From NCBI GenBank assembly GCA_963811165.1, contig CAWEQH010000001.1, positions 384,001-448,000 of the forward strand: DNA of 64,000 bases, in the 5' to 3' direction. A program made the position numbers and the translations under genes. The notes below the pieces were generated by a model. The model had not been told where the DNA came from. It did no database searches and was given only the letters and a program-made list of their open reading frames with translations. Below are positions 19,344 to 29,609 of this stretch, one piece after another. Origin of the DNA: an uncultured Nitrospiraceae bacterium. Lineage in GTDB: Bacteria > Nitrospirota > Thermodesulfovibrionia > Thermodesulfovibrionales > UBA6898. Within the stretch, counting starts at the first letter, position 1, and each line of letters opens with the position of its first letter.

Positions 19344-20164
19344 TGAGACAAGTGCTGCTGGCGGTCCAGTTCCTGACCATCGTGCCGGTGAAGGTCAAGG
19401 GTGATATCACCGAGCAGGATGTCGCCGGTTCTGCGGCCTTTTTCCCGCTCGCCGGGGCCCTTCAGGGGCTGCTGACCGCGGTGCCCGCCCTGCTCTTGAT
19501 AAAGGTCCTGCCGGCGGAGATTGCAGCAGCGTTCGCGCTTTTGTTCCTTATCGTAAGTAACGGCGGTTTCGATCTCGACGGTCTGGCCGATACCGCAGAC
19601 GCCCTTGCGGTGAAATCATCGGGCGACGCCGAACGCGACAGATCAAAAAGACTCTCCGTGATGAAGGACAGCTCATGCGGTGCGATGGGAGTGATCGCGC
19701 TTATGATGGCGGTCCTCCTTAAGTTCGTCCTCATGCAGAGGCTTCTTGCCGACTTTTCCACTTTTGCCGCCGCCGCGATATTTTTTCTGATGCCGGCATT
19801 TTCCAAGTGGATCACGGTGCCCGCCATGTACCACGGCACATCGGCCAGAAAAGACGGTCTCGGCAAGATGTTCATCGAACATACGGGGGCGGCAAGCGTG
19901 ATTATTTCGACAGGGATCGTCCTTTTGTTGTCTCTTTCGGTCTCTTCGATGGATCTTATCGCCGCTTCCTTCGTCCCCGGCATTGAATTCTGCGTCGCCT
20001 CTGTTATTGGATTATATCTCTTCGGTCTCGTGGCGATAAAATTTCTGGCAAAGAGATTCGGGGGCCTCACCGGCGATCATTTCGGTGCAATGACCGAGAT
20101 CTCCGAAATCCTATTCTTACTGGCGGCATATATATGGTTACCACACACTACTATCCCGGCGTAA
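19343..20164 (+). CDS. cobS: Adenosylcobinamide-GDP ribazoletransferase (cobamide synthase)
   Basis: QFLTIVP, DGLADTAD, MKDSSCGAMG, FGGLTGD. Confidence 0.93.
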   Translation: MRQVLLAVQFLTIVPVKVKGDITEQDVAGSAAFFPLAGALQGLLTAVPALLLIKVLPAEIAAAFALLFLIVSNGGFDLDGLADTADALAVKSSGDAERDRSKRLSVMKDSSCGAMGVIALMMAVLLKFVLMQRLLADFSTFAAAAIFFLMPAFSKWITVPAMYHGTSARKDGLGKMFIEHTGAASVIISTGIVLLLSLSVSSMDLIAASFVPGIEFCVASVIGLYLFGLVAIKFLAKRFGGLTGDHFGAMTEISEILFLLAAYIWLPHTTIPA

Positions 20165-20185
20165 GGGCCCTTCACGGAGGCACAA

Positions 20186-21755
20186 ATGGCTAAGGCAATA
20201 ATGATTCAGGGAACGGGCTCGGGGGCGGGCAAAAGCCTTATCGCCGCGGCCTTCTGCCGGATATTGAGGCAGATGGGGTTAAGGGTGGCTCCCTTCAAGG
20301 CCCAGAACATGGCCCTCAATTCCTACATAACCATGGAAGGCGGCGAGATAGGAAGGGCGCAGGCGCTCCAGGCCGAGGCCGCAGGCATCGAACCTTCCGT
20401 GGACATGAACCCTGTGCTCCTTAAGGCATCGGGGGAGATGGGCTCGCAGGTGATCCTTAGGGGCAAGGTCCATTCCACAATGAAAGCCAGGGAATACTAC
20501 TCCTTTAGGAAAGAGGCCTGGGAGGCGGTAAAAAAATCCTATGCAAGACTCTCGCGGAAATACGACATGATTGTAATCGAAGGCGCGGGAAGCCCTGCGG
20601 AGATAAACCTGATGGACGTGGACATCGTAAATATGGCGATGGCCAAGCATGCCAAGGCGCCCGTGCTTCTTGTCGGCGACATCGACAAGGGAGGGGTTTT
20701 CGCATCTCTTTACGGCACAGTGAAGCTCCTGGGAAGGGACGGCAGGCATATCAAGGCCTTTGTGATAAACAAGTTTAGAGGAGACGCGGAGATACTCAGG
20801 CCCGGGCTTGATATGATCAGAGATAAGACAGGCGTTCCGGTCATAGGTGTCCTCCCTTACGTCCATGATCTGGGACTGCCGGAAGAGGACGGCATGGCGC
20901 TCTATCAAAACGCGAAATATAAGGGCCGGTCCGGTCCGGGAGCGATACGGATCGTCGTGGTGAGGCTTAGGTACATATCGAACTTCACCGATTTTGATCC
21001 CTTTTATCATGAGCCCGACGTGGAGATCCTTTTCTCGGCCCATTCCCAGGACATCGAGAATGCGGACCTCGTGATCATACCCGGGACAAAAAATACGGTG
21101 ACAGACCTGACGCTTCTTAAAGACCAGGGGCTCGACCTTAGCATAAGGAACGCATATAAGAAGGGGGCCATGATAATGGGCATCTGCGGAGGGTATCAGA
21201 TCCTGGGCAAAAAGATCTTCGATCCCGACGGGGTCGAGAGTCCTCACCGCGAGATAGACGGTATCGGCCTTCTGGATATCGAGACGACCTTCGGCAGGGA
21301 AAAAAGGACATGCAGGGTCGAGGCCGAGACAACAGGACTTGGAGGCTTCGGATCGGGGATAGACAAAAAAAATCCCGGCCCCCGGCGCGTGAAGCCGCGC
21401 CCCATTTTGAAAGGCTATGAGATACATATGGGAGAGAGTACAGGTGATGTCGGGCTATTCAGGGTGAGAAGAATATCAACTGACTCCTGTAAGGGCGGGC
21501 TTACCCCGCCCCTAGCCAACCATCCTCGATGGCTCGGGGAATGAGAACTGCTGGGGCACCTATCTCCACGGCATTTTCGATAACGACCTTTTCAGAAGGG
21601 ATCTTATCAATAGCGTAAGGACGCGAAAGGGAATCACCCCGCTTGAGGCCTGCTTAAGCTATTCCGACATCAAAGACAAGGCATTGGATCGTCTTGCCGA
21701 CATAGTCAGGGTCAATATCGACATGGATTTTATAAAGGGGATGCTCGGGTTATGA
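20186..21755 (+). CDS. cobQ: Cobyric acid synthase (frameshift near 21480-21522)
   Basis: GTGSGAGKS, PFKAQNMALNS, EGAGSPAEINL, GICGGYQ, GYEIHMG; WGTYLHGIFDND continues in another frame to TGA 21753-55. Confidence 0.93.
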
Positions 21756-22747
21756 TAACCCCTTCCGTACTGATTGCCGCCTATATTTTGGACCTGGCGA
21801 TCGGCGATCCCCGATGGCTGCCGCACCCGGTGAGGATGATCGGGACGGCGATCTCCCGTGCCGAGCTCTTTCTCCGCTGCCGTTTTGTCACACCCGCCGA
21901 ACAAAAGCAGGCGGGGGTACTTCTTGCGTTGATGATCGTGCTTCCGTCATTTCTCCTCGTGCTTGTCCTTTGCGATGAGATTGCCCATGCCTCAGGCATA
22001 TGGGTGTCCCTTGGCACGGCAGCCCTTGTCTATCTGACCGCATCGACGCTTGCTGTCCGGGGACTCGTCGATTCGGCAAGACTTGTGATAGAGTCTGTAA
22101 AGGATGGAGGTCTTGTGTCGGCCCGTCGTAAACTTGGTATGATCGTGGGACGCGATACGGAAAATCTAACCGACAGGGAAGTCCTCAGGGCGGTCACCGA
22201 GACCCTCTCTGAAAACCTCTCCGATGGTGTGGTCGCGCCCCTGTTCTATCTTGTTTTGGGAGGGCTTCCCCTCGCGATGGCCTATAAGGCGATCAATACA
22301 CTCGATTCGATGGTCGGGTACAAAAACGAGACCTATATCGATTTCGGCCGGGCCTCTGCGCGGCTCGACGATATCGCAAATTATATCCCCGCGAGGATCG
22401 CGGGCCTTCTCATCGTCCTTTCGGTCTTCCTCACCGCGCTTGTAAGAAGAAAAGCTAATCCCCTGTTCCGGGCGGCCCGCGCCTTCCGGATCATGAGGCG
22501 GGACGGAAGAAACCATGCGAGCCCCAATAGCGGCATTCCCGAAGCTGCGATGGCCGGAGGACTGGGAATCAGGATGGGGGGCCCTTCAACCTATGGGGCC
22601 GTCCTTGTCGAAAAGCCCTACATCGGGGAGACCGGCAATGAGGATTATCTCTCGGCATCGGAAGATGCGATAATGGTAGTACACGCGGCATCTGCAATCG
22701 GCGTCGGGATTGCGGCGGGTATTCTGTCATTAAGGAGTTATCTCTGA
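21752..22747 (+). CDS. cbiB: Adenosylcobinamide-phosphate synthase
   Basis: GDPRWLPHPV, IVGRDT, ENLSDGVVAP, NTLDSMVGY, SPNSGIPEA. Confidence 0.95.
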   Translation: MITPSVLIAAYILDLAIGDPRWLPHPVRMIGTAISRAELFLRCRFVTPAEQKQAGVLLALMIVLPSFLLVLVLCDEIAHASGIWVSLGTAALVYLTASTLAVRGLVDSARLVIESVKDGGLVSARRKLGMIVGRDTENLTDREVLRAVTETLSENLSDGVVAPLFYLVLGGLPLAMAYKAINTLDSMVGYKNETYIDFGRASARLDDIANYIPARIAGLLIVLSVFLTALVRRKANPLFRAARAFRIMRRDGRNHASPNSGIPEAAMAGGLGIRMGGPSTYGAVLVEKPYIGETGNEDYLSASEDAIMVVHAASAIGVGIAAGILSLRSYL

Positions 22748-23865
22748 TGAAGGCTTCCCACGGCGGAAATATCTATCTCCTTTCGGAAAGGCTCGGCATC
22801 GCCGAATGCGATATCGTCGATTTCAGCGCATCGATCAACCCTTTAGGCGTTCCGGCGAGCGTGCAGTCGGCCATCAGAGAGAACATGCGGTTTCTCTTTA
22901 ATTATCCCGACCCGCATACAAAAAGGCTGAGGCTCAGGATATCGGAACATATCGGAGTGGGTGCCCATTCGATCATCTGCGGAAACGGAAGTACGGAACT
23001 CATCTACCTTATCGCCCGGGCCCTCAGACCTCTCAGGGTGCTTATCCCTGAGCCGACTTTCTCGGAATACGAGAGGGCGGTGAAAAGCCAGAGGTCGGAG
23101 GCCGGGGGTCAGGGGCCGGAAATAAAATATTTCTCTCTCAAAAAAGAAAATAATTTCGATATTAACGTCGATGAATTTATATCCGCAATGAGCGGTGAAA
23201 AGGACCCGTCACCCATCACGCATCACCCATCACGGTCTTTCGATATGGTCTTTCTCTGCAACCCCAATAACCCCACAGGGAGGCTGATCGAAAGAAAGGA
23301 CATGCTCAGGATCGCCTCGGCGGCGAAAAACCTCAGATGCACGCTCGTAGTGGATGAGGCCTTTATCGACTTCTGTCCCGGCGCCACGATAGCAGACGAA
23401 GTGGCAAACAACCCCTATCTTATCGTACTTAGGTCGCTCACCAAGATATATGCACTTTCGGGACTGCGGATCGGGTATGCGGTCCTCGACCCTTCATTGC
23501 TCCATACGGTAAACGAGGCGAAGGAACCCTGGTCCGTAAATACCCTTGCCCAGGTAGCGGGAGTTGTCGCACTCGATGACGAATCCTACAGGGCTGAAAC
23601 ATACAGGGTCATCGCTGCGCAGAAGAAATACCTCGAAGAGGGCTTCAGACGTTTGGGAATTTCCTGTCTTCCCTCTTCGGTCAACTATTATCTCCTCCGA
23701 TGTAAGGGGGCGCAGGAGTTGATGTCCATGTTCGGTAAGAAGGGGATTTTGGTGAGGGACTGCTCGAATTTCTCCGGTCTTGACGGCTCTTATATGAGAG
23801 TCGCCGTGAAGTCCGAGCGTGACAACACCCGGCTTTTGGAGGAGATCTCTTTATGTGTGGCGTAG
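22747..23865 (+). CDS. cobD: Threonine-phosphate decarboxylase
   Basis: [45 protein letters not shown]. Confidence 0.92.
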   Translation: MKASHGGNIYLLSERLGIAECDIVDFSASINPLGVPASVQSAIRENMRFLFNYPDPHTKRLRLRISEHIGVGAHSIICGNGSTELIYLIARALRPLRVLIPEPTFSEYERAVKSQRSEAGGQGPEIKYFSLKKENNFDINVDEFISAMSGEKDPSPITHHPSRSFDMVFLCNPNNPTGRLIERKDMLRIASAAKNLRCTLVVDEAFIDFCPGATIADEVANNPYLIVLRSLTKIYALSGLRIGYAVLDPSLLHTVNEAKEPWSVNTLAQVAGVVALDDESYRAETYRVIAAQKKYLEEGFRRLGISCLPSSVNYYLLRCKGAQELMSMFGKKGILVRDCSNFSGLDGSYMRVAVKSERDNTRLLEEISLCVA

Positions 23866-25299
23866 TGATCGCGGGGACCCATAGCGGATGCGGCAAGACG
23901 ACCGTTACCCTCGGTCTCCTTGCGGCGCTGAAAAGGAAGGGATTGAGGGTCCAGGCCTTTAAGACCGGACCGGACTTTATCGACTCGGGGCTTCATGGGA
24001 TGATCACCGGCAGGCCTTCCCGCAACCTCGATCTCTGGATGTGCGGAGCAGACTACGTGTCGGATTGTTTCGAGAGGAATTCCGTATGATGCGGATATCT
24101 CTGTTGTCGAGGGGGTAATGGGACTCTATGACGGCGCATACAGCACCGCAAGGCTTGCGGCGCGGCTGGGCCTTCCAGTCGTTTTGGTCATAGATGCTTA
24201 CGGGATGGCCGAGACCGCAGGAGCTTTGGTAAAAGGATTCGCCGAATATATGCCGGAGGGGAATACCGGACTTGCCGGCGTTATTTTAAACAGGGTGGCA
24301 TCTGAAAACCATTACGAGCGTCTATGTGCCGGCATCCGCGGCATAAAGGTGCTGGGATATCTGCCGAGGGAACAGGAATTCGAGATCCCCCACCGCCATC
24401 TCGGCCTCACCGTTGCCGAGGAAAACCCGCTTTCCGAGACGAATATCGAAAGACTCGCCGATAAGGTTTTGCGTTATATCGATGTCGAAGCGATTGTCGG
24501 GCTAAGCAGGGAAAGGGTCTGCGTGTCGGAGAATAAATCCCTCCCACCCTCTCTTTGTCAAAGGAAGGCGCACCCCTCTTTGGCAAAGAGGCCTGTCTGT
24601 CCGGCAGGCAGGGGTGCGGGGAGATTTTTGGAGAGTAATTGTGCGCCTCCGCGATCTTTCATCATCGCTGTCGCCTATGACAGGGCGTTCTGTTTTTATT
24701 ATGAAGACAACCTCGACCTATTAAGGGACGCCGGGGCCGAGATCGTACGCTTCAGCCCCCTTTGCGATCCCTCGCTCCCTGAAGGGACGGAGGCGATTTA
24801 TATCGGCGGCGGATATCCGGAGCTGCATGCGCGGGAATTGTCCGCAAACAGCTCGATGCTCAATGCGATCAATGTATGGGCCGCCTCGGGGAGGCCGCTC
24901 TATGCGGAGTGCGGCGGGTTTATGTACCTCTCAAAAGGTATCCATGACTTCGAGGGGAATTTTTTCGGGATGGCGGGTGTCTTCCCCTTTGAAACGCGGA
25001 TGAAAAAAGGAAGGTCAAGGCTTGGCTACCGGGAGGTGTCGCTTCAGAAAGATTGCATCCTGGGGGAAAAAGGAGCGACGTTGAGGGGCCACGAATTCCA
25101 TTATTCGGAGATAGACTCCGATGCGGGCCTCGGCAGCGCAGTTTCGGCGATCTATTCGGTAAGGAACGGCTCCGGCCAGGAATTACGCGATGAAGGCTAC
25201 CGGTACAAGCGGGCCCTTGCAAGCTATATCCATATCCATTTCGGAAGCAACCCGGACATAGCCGGAAAATTTATCGGCTCATGCGGGGGAGAAAGGTAA
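23853..25299 (+). CDS. cbiA: Cobyrinate a,c-diamide synthase (+1 frameshift near 24088)
   Basis: [53 protein letters not shown]. Confidence 0.93.
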
Positions 25300-26300
25300 T
25301 GAAGCAGATGGAAAATATCATACTCATCGGACATGGCAGCCCTAAGAAAGAGGCAAATAATATCGACCTCATCGGAAGACTTCTCCACCACGCGATCCAC
25401 CCTGAATGCGAATCCGGGTGCGTAAAGGTGGCCTATCTGCAGTTTGCGGCCCCGGACATTATGACAACGATAAAGGAATGCGTGGATGACGGGGCAAAAA
25501 AGATAATCCTCCATCCTTTTTTTCTCAGCTCCGGCATGCACGTGACAAAAGACATCCCCGAGATGATCAGCGAGGCAAGAGGTACCTATCCCGCAGTGGA
25601 ATTCGTCTATACCGAGCCGCTTGGGGTGCACGAAAAACTTGTGCAGGTCGTGATCGAAAGGATACGGAGTGAAAAATTCGCGGTCCCCGGAGATATTGAA
25701 AAGAGGAGCTTCGAGATCATCTCCGAGGGAATCGACTTCTGCGGCGTCCCGGCCGAGCAGATACCGATCATAAAGCGGGTGATACACTCGACCGCGGATT
25801 TCGAGTTCAGAACGACCCTTGCCTTCCACCCCGATGCGGTAAGGACGGGTCTTGATGCGATCAGGGCCGGCAAGGATATCCTTACCGATATAGAGATGGT
25901 GAAGGCCGGGATTAATAAGCGGCTCCTCGGTAAATGGGGAGGAAAGGTAATCTGTACCATTTCAGATGAAGGGGTCGTGAGGACCTCTGAGGAGACCGGC
26001 ATGACCAGGGCCGAGATATCAATGGCGAAGGGACTAAACGAAAATGTGGGGATCGTGGCGATTGGAAACGCGCCGACCGCCCTCCTTAAGGTGATCGAAC
26101 TTATCGCAACGGCGCCTGTTAAGAGCGGCCTTCCTCTCGTTGTCGGTGTTCCGGTGGGATTTGTGAAGGCCCTCGAATCGAAGGCCCTCCTTTCGACCCG
26201 GACATTTCCCTTCATCACGAATTTAAGCAGAAAGGGCGGAACGCCGGTTGCGGTCGCAATCGTAAACGCCTTATTGAAGATGGCGGCGGAAGATAAATGA
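25299..26300 (+). CDS. cbiC: Fused sirohydrochlorin cobaltochelatase (CbiX) and cobalt-precorrin-8 methylmutase (CbiC)
   Basis: N-terminal GHGSP...PFFLSSGMHVTKDIP...EPLG; C-terminal IEKRSFEII, RVIHSTAD, IGNAPTAL, PVGFV, KGG. Confidence 0.9.
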   Translation: MKQMENIILIGHGSPKKEANNIDLIGRLLHHAIHPECESGCVKVAYLQFAAPDIMTTIKECVDDGAKKIILHPFFLSSGMHVTKDIPEMISEARGTYPAVEFVYTEPLGVHEKLVQVVIERIRSEKFAVPGDIEKRSFEIISEGIDFCGVPAEQIPIIKRVIHSTADFEFRTTLAFHPDAVRTGLDAIRAGKDILTDIEMVKAGINKRLLGKWGGKVICTISDEGVVRTSEETGMTRAEISMAKGLNENVGIVAIGNAPTALLKVIELIATAPVKSGLPLVVGVPVGFVKALESKALLSTRTFPFITNLSRKGGTPVAVAIVNALLKMAAEDK

Positions 26301-27064
26301 AGGTTCATAGTTTTAGGTCCAGGGTCGTTATTTTTTCGCTGTTCACTATTTACTATTCGCTATCCGCTGTTGCCGACGCATATGCGATGCATATCTCAGA
26401 AGGGATACTTCCCCTCAACTGGGCCGCGCTCTGGTTTGTCGTTGCTGCTCCGTTTGTGGCCTTCGGGCTGTACAGACTGAAAAAACTCTCGGCCGTGGAC
26501 CTGTCTTTCAAACCGCTCGTCGGGCTCATGGCCGCGGTTGTCTTTATCATCTCGTGTATGCCGATACCTGTGCCCACTGCAGGCACATGTTCCCACCCCT
26601 GCGGAACAGGGCTATCGGGAATACTCCTCGGTCCTCCAATAAGCGTCGTTGTTGCAGCAGTGGCCCTTCTCATTCAGGCGCTTTTTCTTTCGCACGGGGG
26701 GCTCAGTACTCTCGGGGCAAATATTGCTTCAATGGGTATTATGGGCTCATTCGCCGGATTTTTGACCTTCAGGGCTTTGCGGTCGATGAAGATAAACATG
26801 ACGATTGCGGGCTTTATGGCCGGGCTTTTTGCAGACTGGGCAACATATATCACGACTTCGGTCATACTTGCGTCGGGCATTAAGGGCGATTCCCCGTTCA
26901 TGCCGCTCTTCTGGAAGCTCCTTATTGCTTTCATCCCGACGCAGCTTCCGCTGGGAATACTCGAAGGAGCTATGACGGCCGGCATGGTCGTCCTGCTTCA
27001 TAAAAAAAGACCCGACCTGCTCATCAAGATGCGCGTGATAAAACCCGGGGAGGCTGTGCCATGA
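26297..27064 (+). CDS. cbiM: Cobalt ECF transporter S component
   Basis: Signal-like leader then AMHISEG; GTCSHPCG; HGGLSTLGAN; PTQLPL. Confidence 0.93.
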   Translation: MKVHSFRSRVVIFSLFTIYYSLSAVADAYAMHISEGILPLNWAALWFVVAAPFVAFGLYRLKKLSAVDLSFKPLVGLMAAVVFIISCMPIPVPTAGTCSHPCGTGLSGILLGPPISVVVAAVALLIQALFLSHGGLSTLGANIASMGIMGSFAGFLTFRALRSMKINMTIAGFMAGLFADWATYITTSVILASGIKGDSPFMPLFWKLLIAFIPTQLPLGILEGAMTAGMVVLLHKKRPDLLIKMRVIKPGEAVP

Positions 27065-27360
27065 GATTTCGAATTTCAAATTTCAAGTTTCAAGTTATTT
27101 TCATTATTATTTTATTATTCACGATTCACTTTCCACTATTTACTGTTGTCTGCGCCTCTGACAAATGGCCGGGTGTTGATGAATCGGTGGTCGAAAAATA
27201 TGCGAAGGAGTACGGCAGGGAAGCGAGAAAGCCGTTCATCAATACAGACCGGGGAGACCTCCTTCTCTTTGTCTTTCTTGTCGCGGGCTCCGTCGGAGGC
27301 TTTGCTGCGGGATATTACTGGCGTGTGCTTACGGAACGGAAAAAGAAAAATGGAGAGTGA
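27061..27360 (+). CDS. Cobalt transporter small subunit, CbiN-like
   Basis: WPGVDESVVEK...GDLLLFVFL...GFAAGYYWR; located between cbiM and cbiQ. Confidence 0.75.
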   Translation: MRFRISNFKFQVIFIIILLFTIHFPLFTVVCASDKWPGVDESVVEKYAKEYGREARKPFINTDRGDLLLFVFLVAGSVGGFAAGYYWRVLTERKKKNGE

Positions 27361-27363
27361 TCG

Positions 27364-28116
27364 ATGCATTTTTTCTCTGAACATGTAAGAAAGGACAACA
27401 TGCTTTCCGGGATTGACGCGAGGATAAAAATGATCGTTGCTCTGGTTGTTCTGGCTATGGTCCTTACGTACAAGGGTTCCTTTTTCCCGTTGCTGGTGGT
27501 CGTGGTCTGCCTCGGCCTCTGCGTGAAGATGAAGATACCTCTCAAGGTCTTTGCGCTCAGATTTTCAGAGCCGATGTGTATAGCCTTTGTCCTGATACTC
27601 TTAAAACTCTTCTTTACGGGAAGGGAAGTATTTTTCTCGGTCCACTTTTTGGGGCTGACGATAACCGGCCACAGGGACGGGCTCATCGAAGGCTTGCTGA
27701 TTGCTGCGAGGATAATCGGGGCAGTATCGGTAATTGCTGCGCTTGGCTTTGCAACGCCCTTTACCGCAATGATGTCGGGACTCTCATGGTTCAGGGCCCC
27801 GAAAGGGCTGATCGAGATATTGATGTTTGCCTATCGCTACATCTTTATGCTCTTTGAGGATGCCATGGTCATCTATCACGCGCAGAAAAACCGGCTCGGA
27901 TATTCAAGTCTCAGACGCGGCCTGACTTCATTCGGCATCCTGGCGGGTTCATTGACCCTCAAGGCCTTCGAGCACAGCCAAAACGCAACGGTTGCCATGG
28001 TCCAGCGGGGGTATGACGGCAACATGCATGTCCAGAGTCATAAGCCCTTCAAGCCCTCCGAGGTCGTTGCGTCAGTCTGCTTTATCGTTATCATGGGATT
28101 CATATGGAAGATATAA
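27364..28116 (+). CDS. cbiQ: Cobalt ECF transporter T component
   Basis: DARIK, YRYIFML, AQKNRLGY, AMVQRGY. Confidence 0.92.
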   Translation: MHFFSEHVRKDNMLSGIDARIKMIVALVVLAMVLTYKGSFFPLLVVVVCLGLCVKMKIPLKVFALRFSEPMCIAFVLILLKLFFTGREVFFSVHFLGLTITGHRDGLIEGLLIAARIIGAVSVIAALGFATPFTAMMSGLSWFRAPKGLIEILMFAYRYIFMLFEDAMVIYHAQKNRLGYSSLRRGLTSFGILAGSLTLKAFEHSQNATVAMVQRGYDGNMHVQSHKPFKPSEVVASVCFIVIMGFIWKI

Positions 28117-28997
28117 AAAGCAATCAGCGATCAGCAGTCGGCAATCGGAACAATAGTGAGGTAAGATTGGCGGTGCGCGTCGAATCATTTCAATATCCTG
28201 ATGGAACCGTGGCGATGTCGGGAATCAGTCTTGATATAATAAAAGGCGAGTTCGCCGGCATACTCGGATCGAACGGTTCAGGAAAGACTACCCTCCTTAA
28301 GATCATGGACGGGCTGATCAAAGACATCAAGGGGAGCGTCCGCCTTGACGACTCCGACATAAAAAAACTCTCCCCCAAGGAGATCTACCGCAAGGTCGGT
28401 CTTATATTCCAGAACCCCGACGAACAGCTTTTTGCCCCGACCGTATTCGAGGACGTCTGCTTCGGCCCCCTCAATATGGGCTTTACCCAGGAGGAGACCG
28501 CCCAGAAAGTGAAAGAGGCGCTCAGGAACGTCGATATGGAGGAGTACGGGGAAAAATCCATCCACAATCTGAGTTTCGGCCAGAAAAAAAGGATCTGCAT
28601 CGCGGGACTGCTTGCGATGGGACATGAGATACTTCTCCTTGATGAGCCGACCGCAGGACTTGACCCGATGGGCGAATACAGGATGATGAATCTCCTTAAG
28701 CGGTTGAACAGGGAAAAGGGGGTAACGATCGTTATGGCTACACACAGCGTGGACCTGGTGCCGCTCTTTCTCGACAGGCTGTTCATATTGAGCAAGGGCA
28801 GTATAATAAGGGGCGGGGTACCGGAGCAGGTCTTCACCGCTCCTGAGGAGATGTCCGAGGTGAAACTCAGACTCCCGCAGATCGCGGAACTTATCTACAG
28901 GCTCAAGCACGAAGATAAGATGCCCTTTGAGAGGGTCCCCCTCACCATCGGCGAGGCCAGAAGGGAAATAATAAAGACGGTGATGCGTGACGAATAA
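28104..28997 (+). CDS. cbiO: Cobalt ECF transporter ATPase
   Basis: GSNGSGKT, FQNPDEQLF, LSFGQKKR, DEPTAGLDP. Confidence 0.93.
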   Translation: MEDIKSNQRSAVGNRNNSEVRLAVRVESFQYPDGTVAMSGISLDIIKGEFAGILGSNGSGKTTLLKIMDGLIKDIKGSVRLDDSDIKKLSPKEIYRKVGLIFQNPDEQLFAPTVFEDVCFGPLNMGFTQEETAQKVKEALRNVDMEEYGEKSIHNLSFGQKKRICIAGLLAMGHEILLLDEPTAGLDPMGEYRMMNLLKRLNREKGVTIVMATHSVDLVPLFLDRLFILSKGSIIRGGVPEQVFTAPEEMSEVKLRLPQIAELIYRLKHEDKMPFERVPLTIGEARREIIKTVMRDE

Positions 28998-29087
28998 TGA
29001 GTGATGAGTATATGAAAAAACACAACAAACATTACCGGCTTCTTATTTTTATCCATTATGCGTCACGCATTGCGGATTACGGTTTTT

Positions 29088-29609
29088 ATGCGTAAGGGCT
29101 ACATACAGGTTTATACGGGAAACGGCAAGGGCAAGACGACTGCAGCGCTGGGGCTGGCACTTCGGGCCGCAGGCGCAGGGCTCAGGGTATGTATCGCCCA
29201 GTTTATAAAGAAACGAAGATGCGGCGAGCACAGGATAATCGGCGAGCGATTTGCCGACCTGATAACCATAAAACAATTCGGTAAAGGGCTAATACTGAAA
29301 CGGGCCGCGACCCAGTCCGATATAAAGGCGGCCCGGAAGGGGCTTGTCTGGATCAAAGAGGCGATAGAATCGAATGAATATGATATCGTGGTCCTCGATG
29401 AGGTGAATGTGGCGGTGCACTGCAATCTCATCAGCCTCGCAGACCTTCTCGATGTCATGGAGAGGAAGCCCGAAGGCGTTGAGCTTGTCATCACGGGAAG
29501 ATACGCAGATGAAAAGGTAATCGAAAAGGCCGACCTCGTGACCGAGATGAAGGAGATCAAACATTACAGAAAGATGGAGATAAAGGCCAGACGTGGGATC
29601 GAATGCTAG
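29088..29609 (+). CDS. cobO: Cob(I)yrinic acid a,c-diamide adenosyltransferase
   Basis: YTGNGKGKTTAALG, QFIK, LDE, ELVITGR, ADLVTEM. Confidence 0.95.
   Translation: MRKGYIQVYTGNGKGKTTAALGLALRAAGAGLRVCIAQFIKKRRCGEHRIIGERFADLITIKQFGKGLILKRAATQSDIKAARKGLVWIKEAIESNEYDIVVLDEVNVAVHCNLISLADLLDVMERKPEGVELVITGRYADEKVIEKADLVTEMKEIKHYRKMEIKARRGIEC

Noticed and set aside
24087..24089. TGA in cbiA as selenocysteine
   Set aside because: Homology continues in a different frame, so this is a frameshift, and the position is not a Cys site
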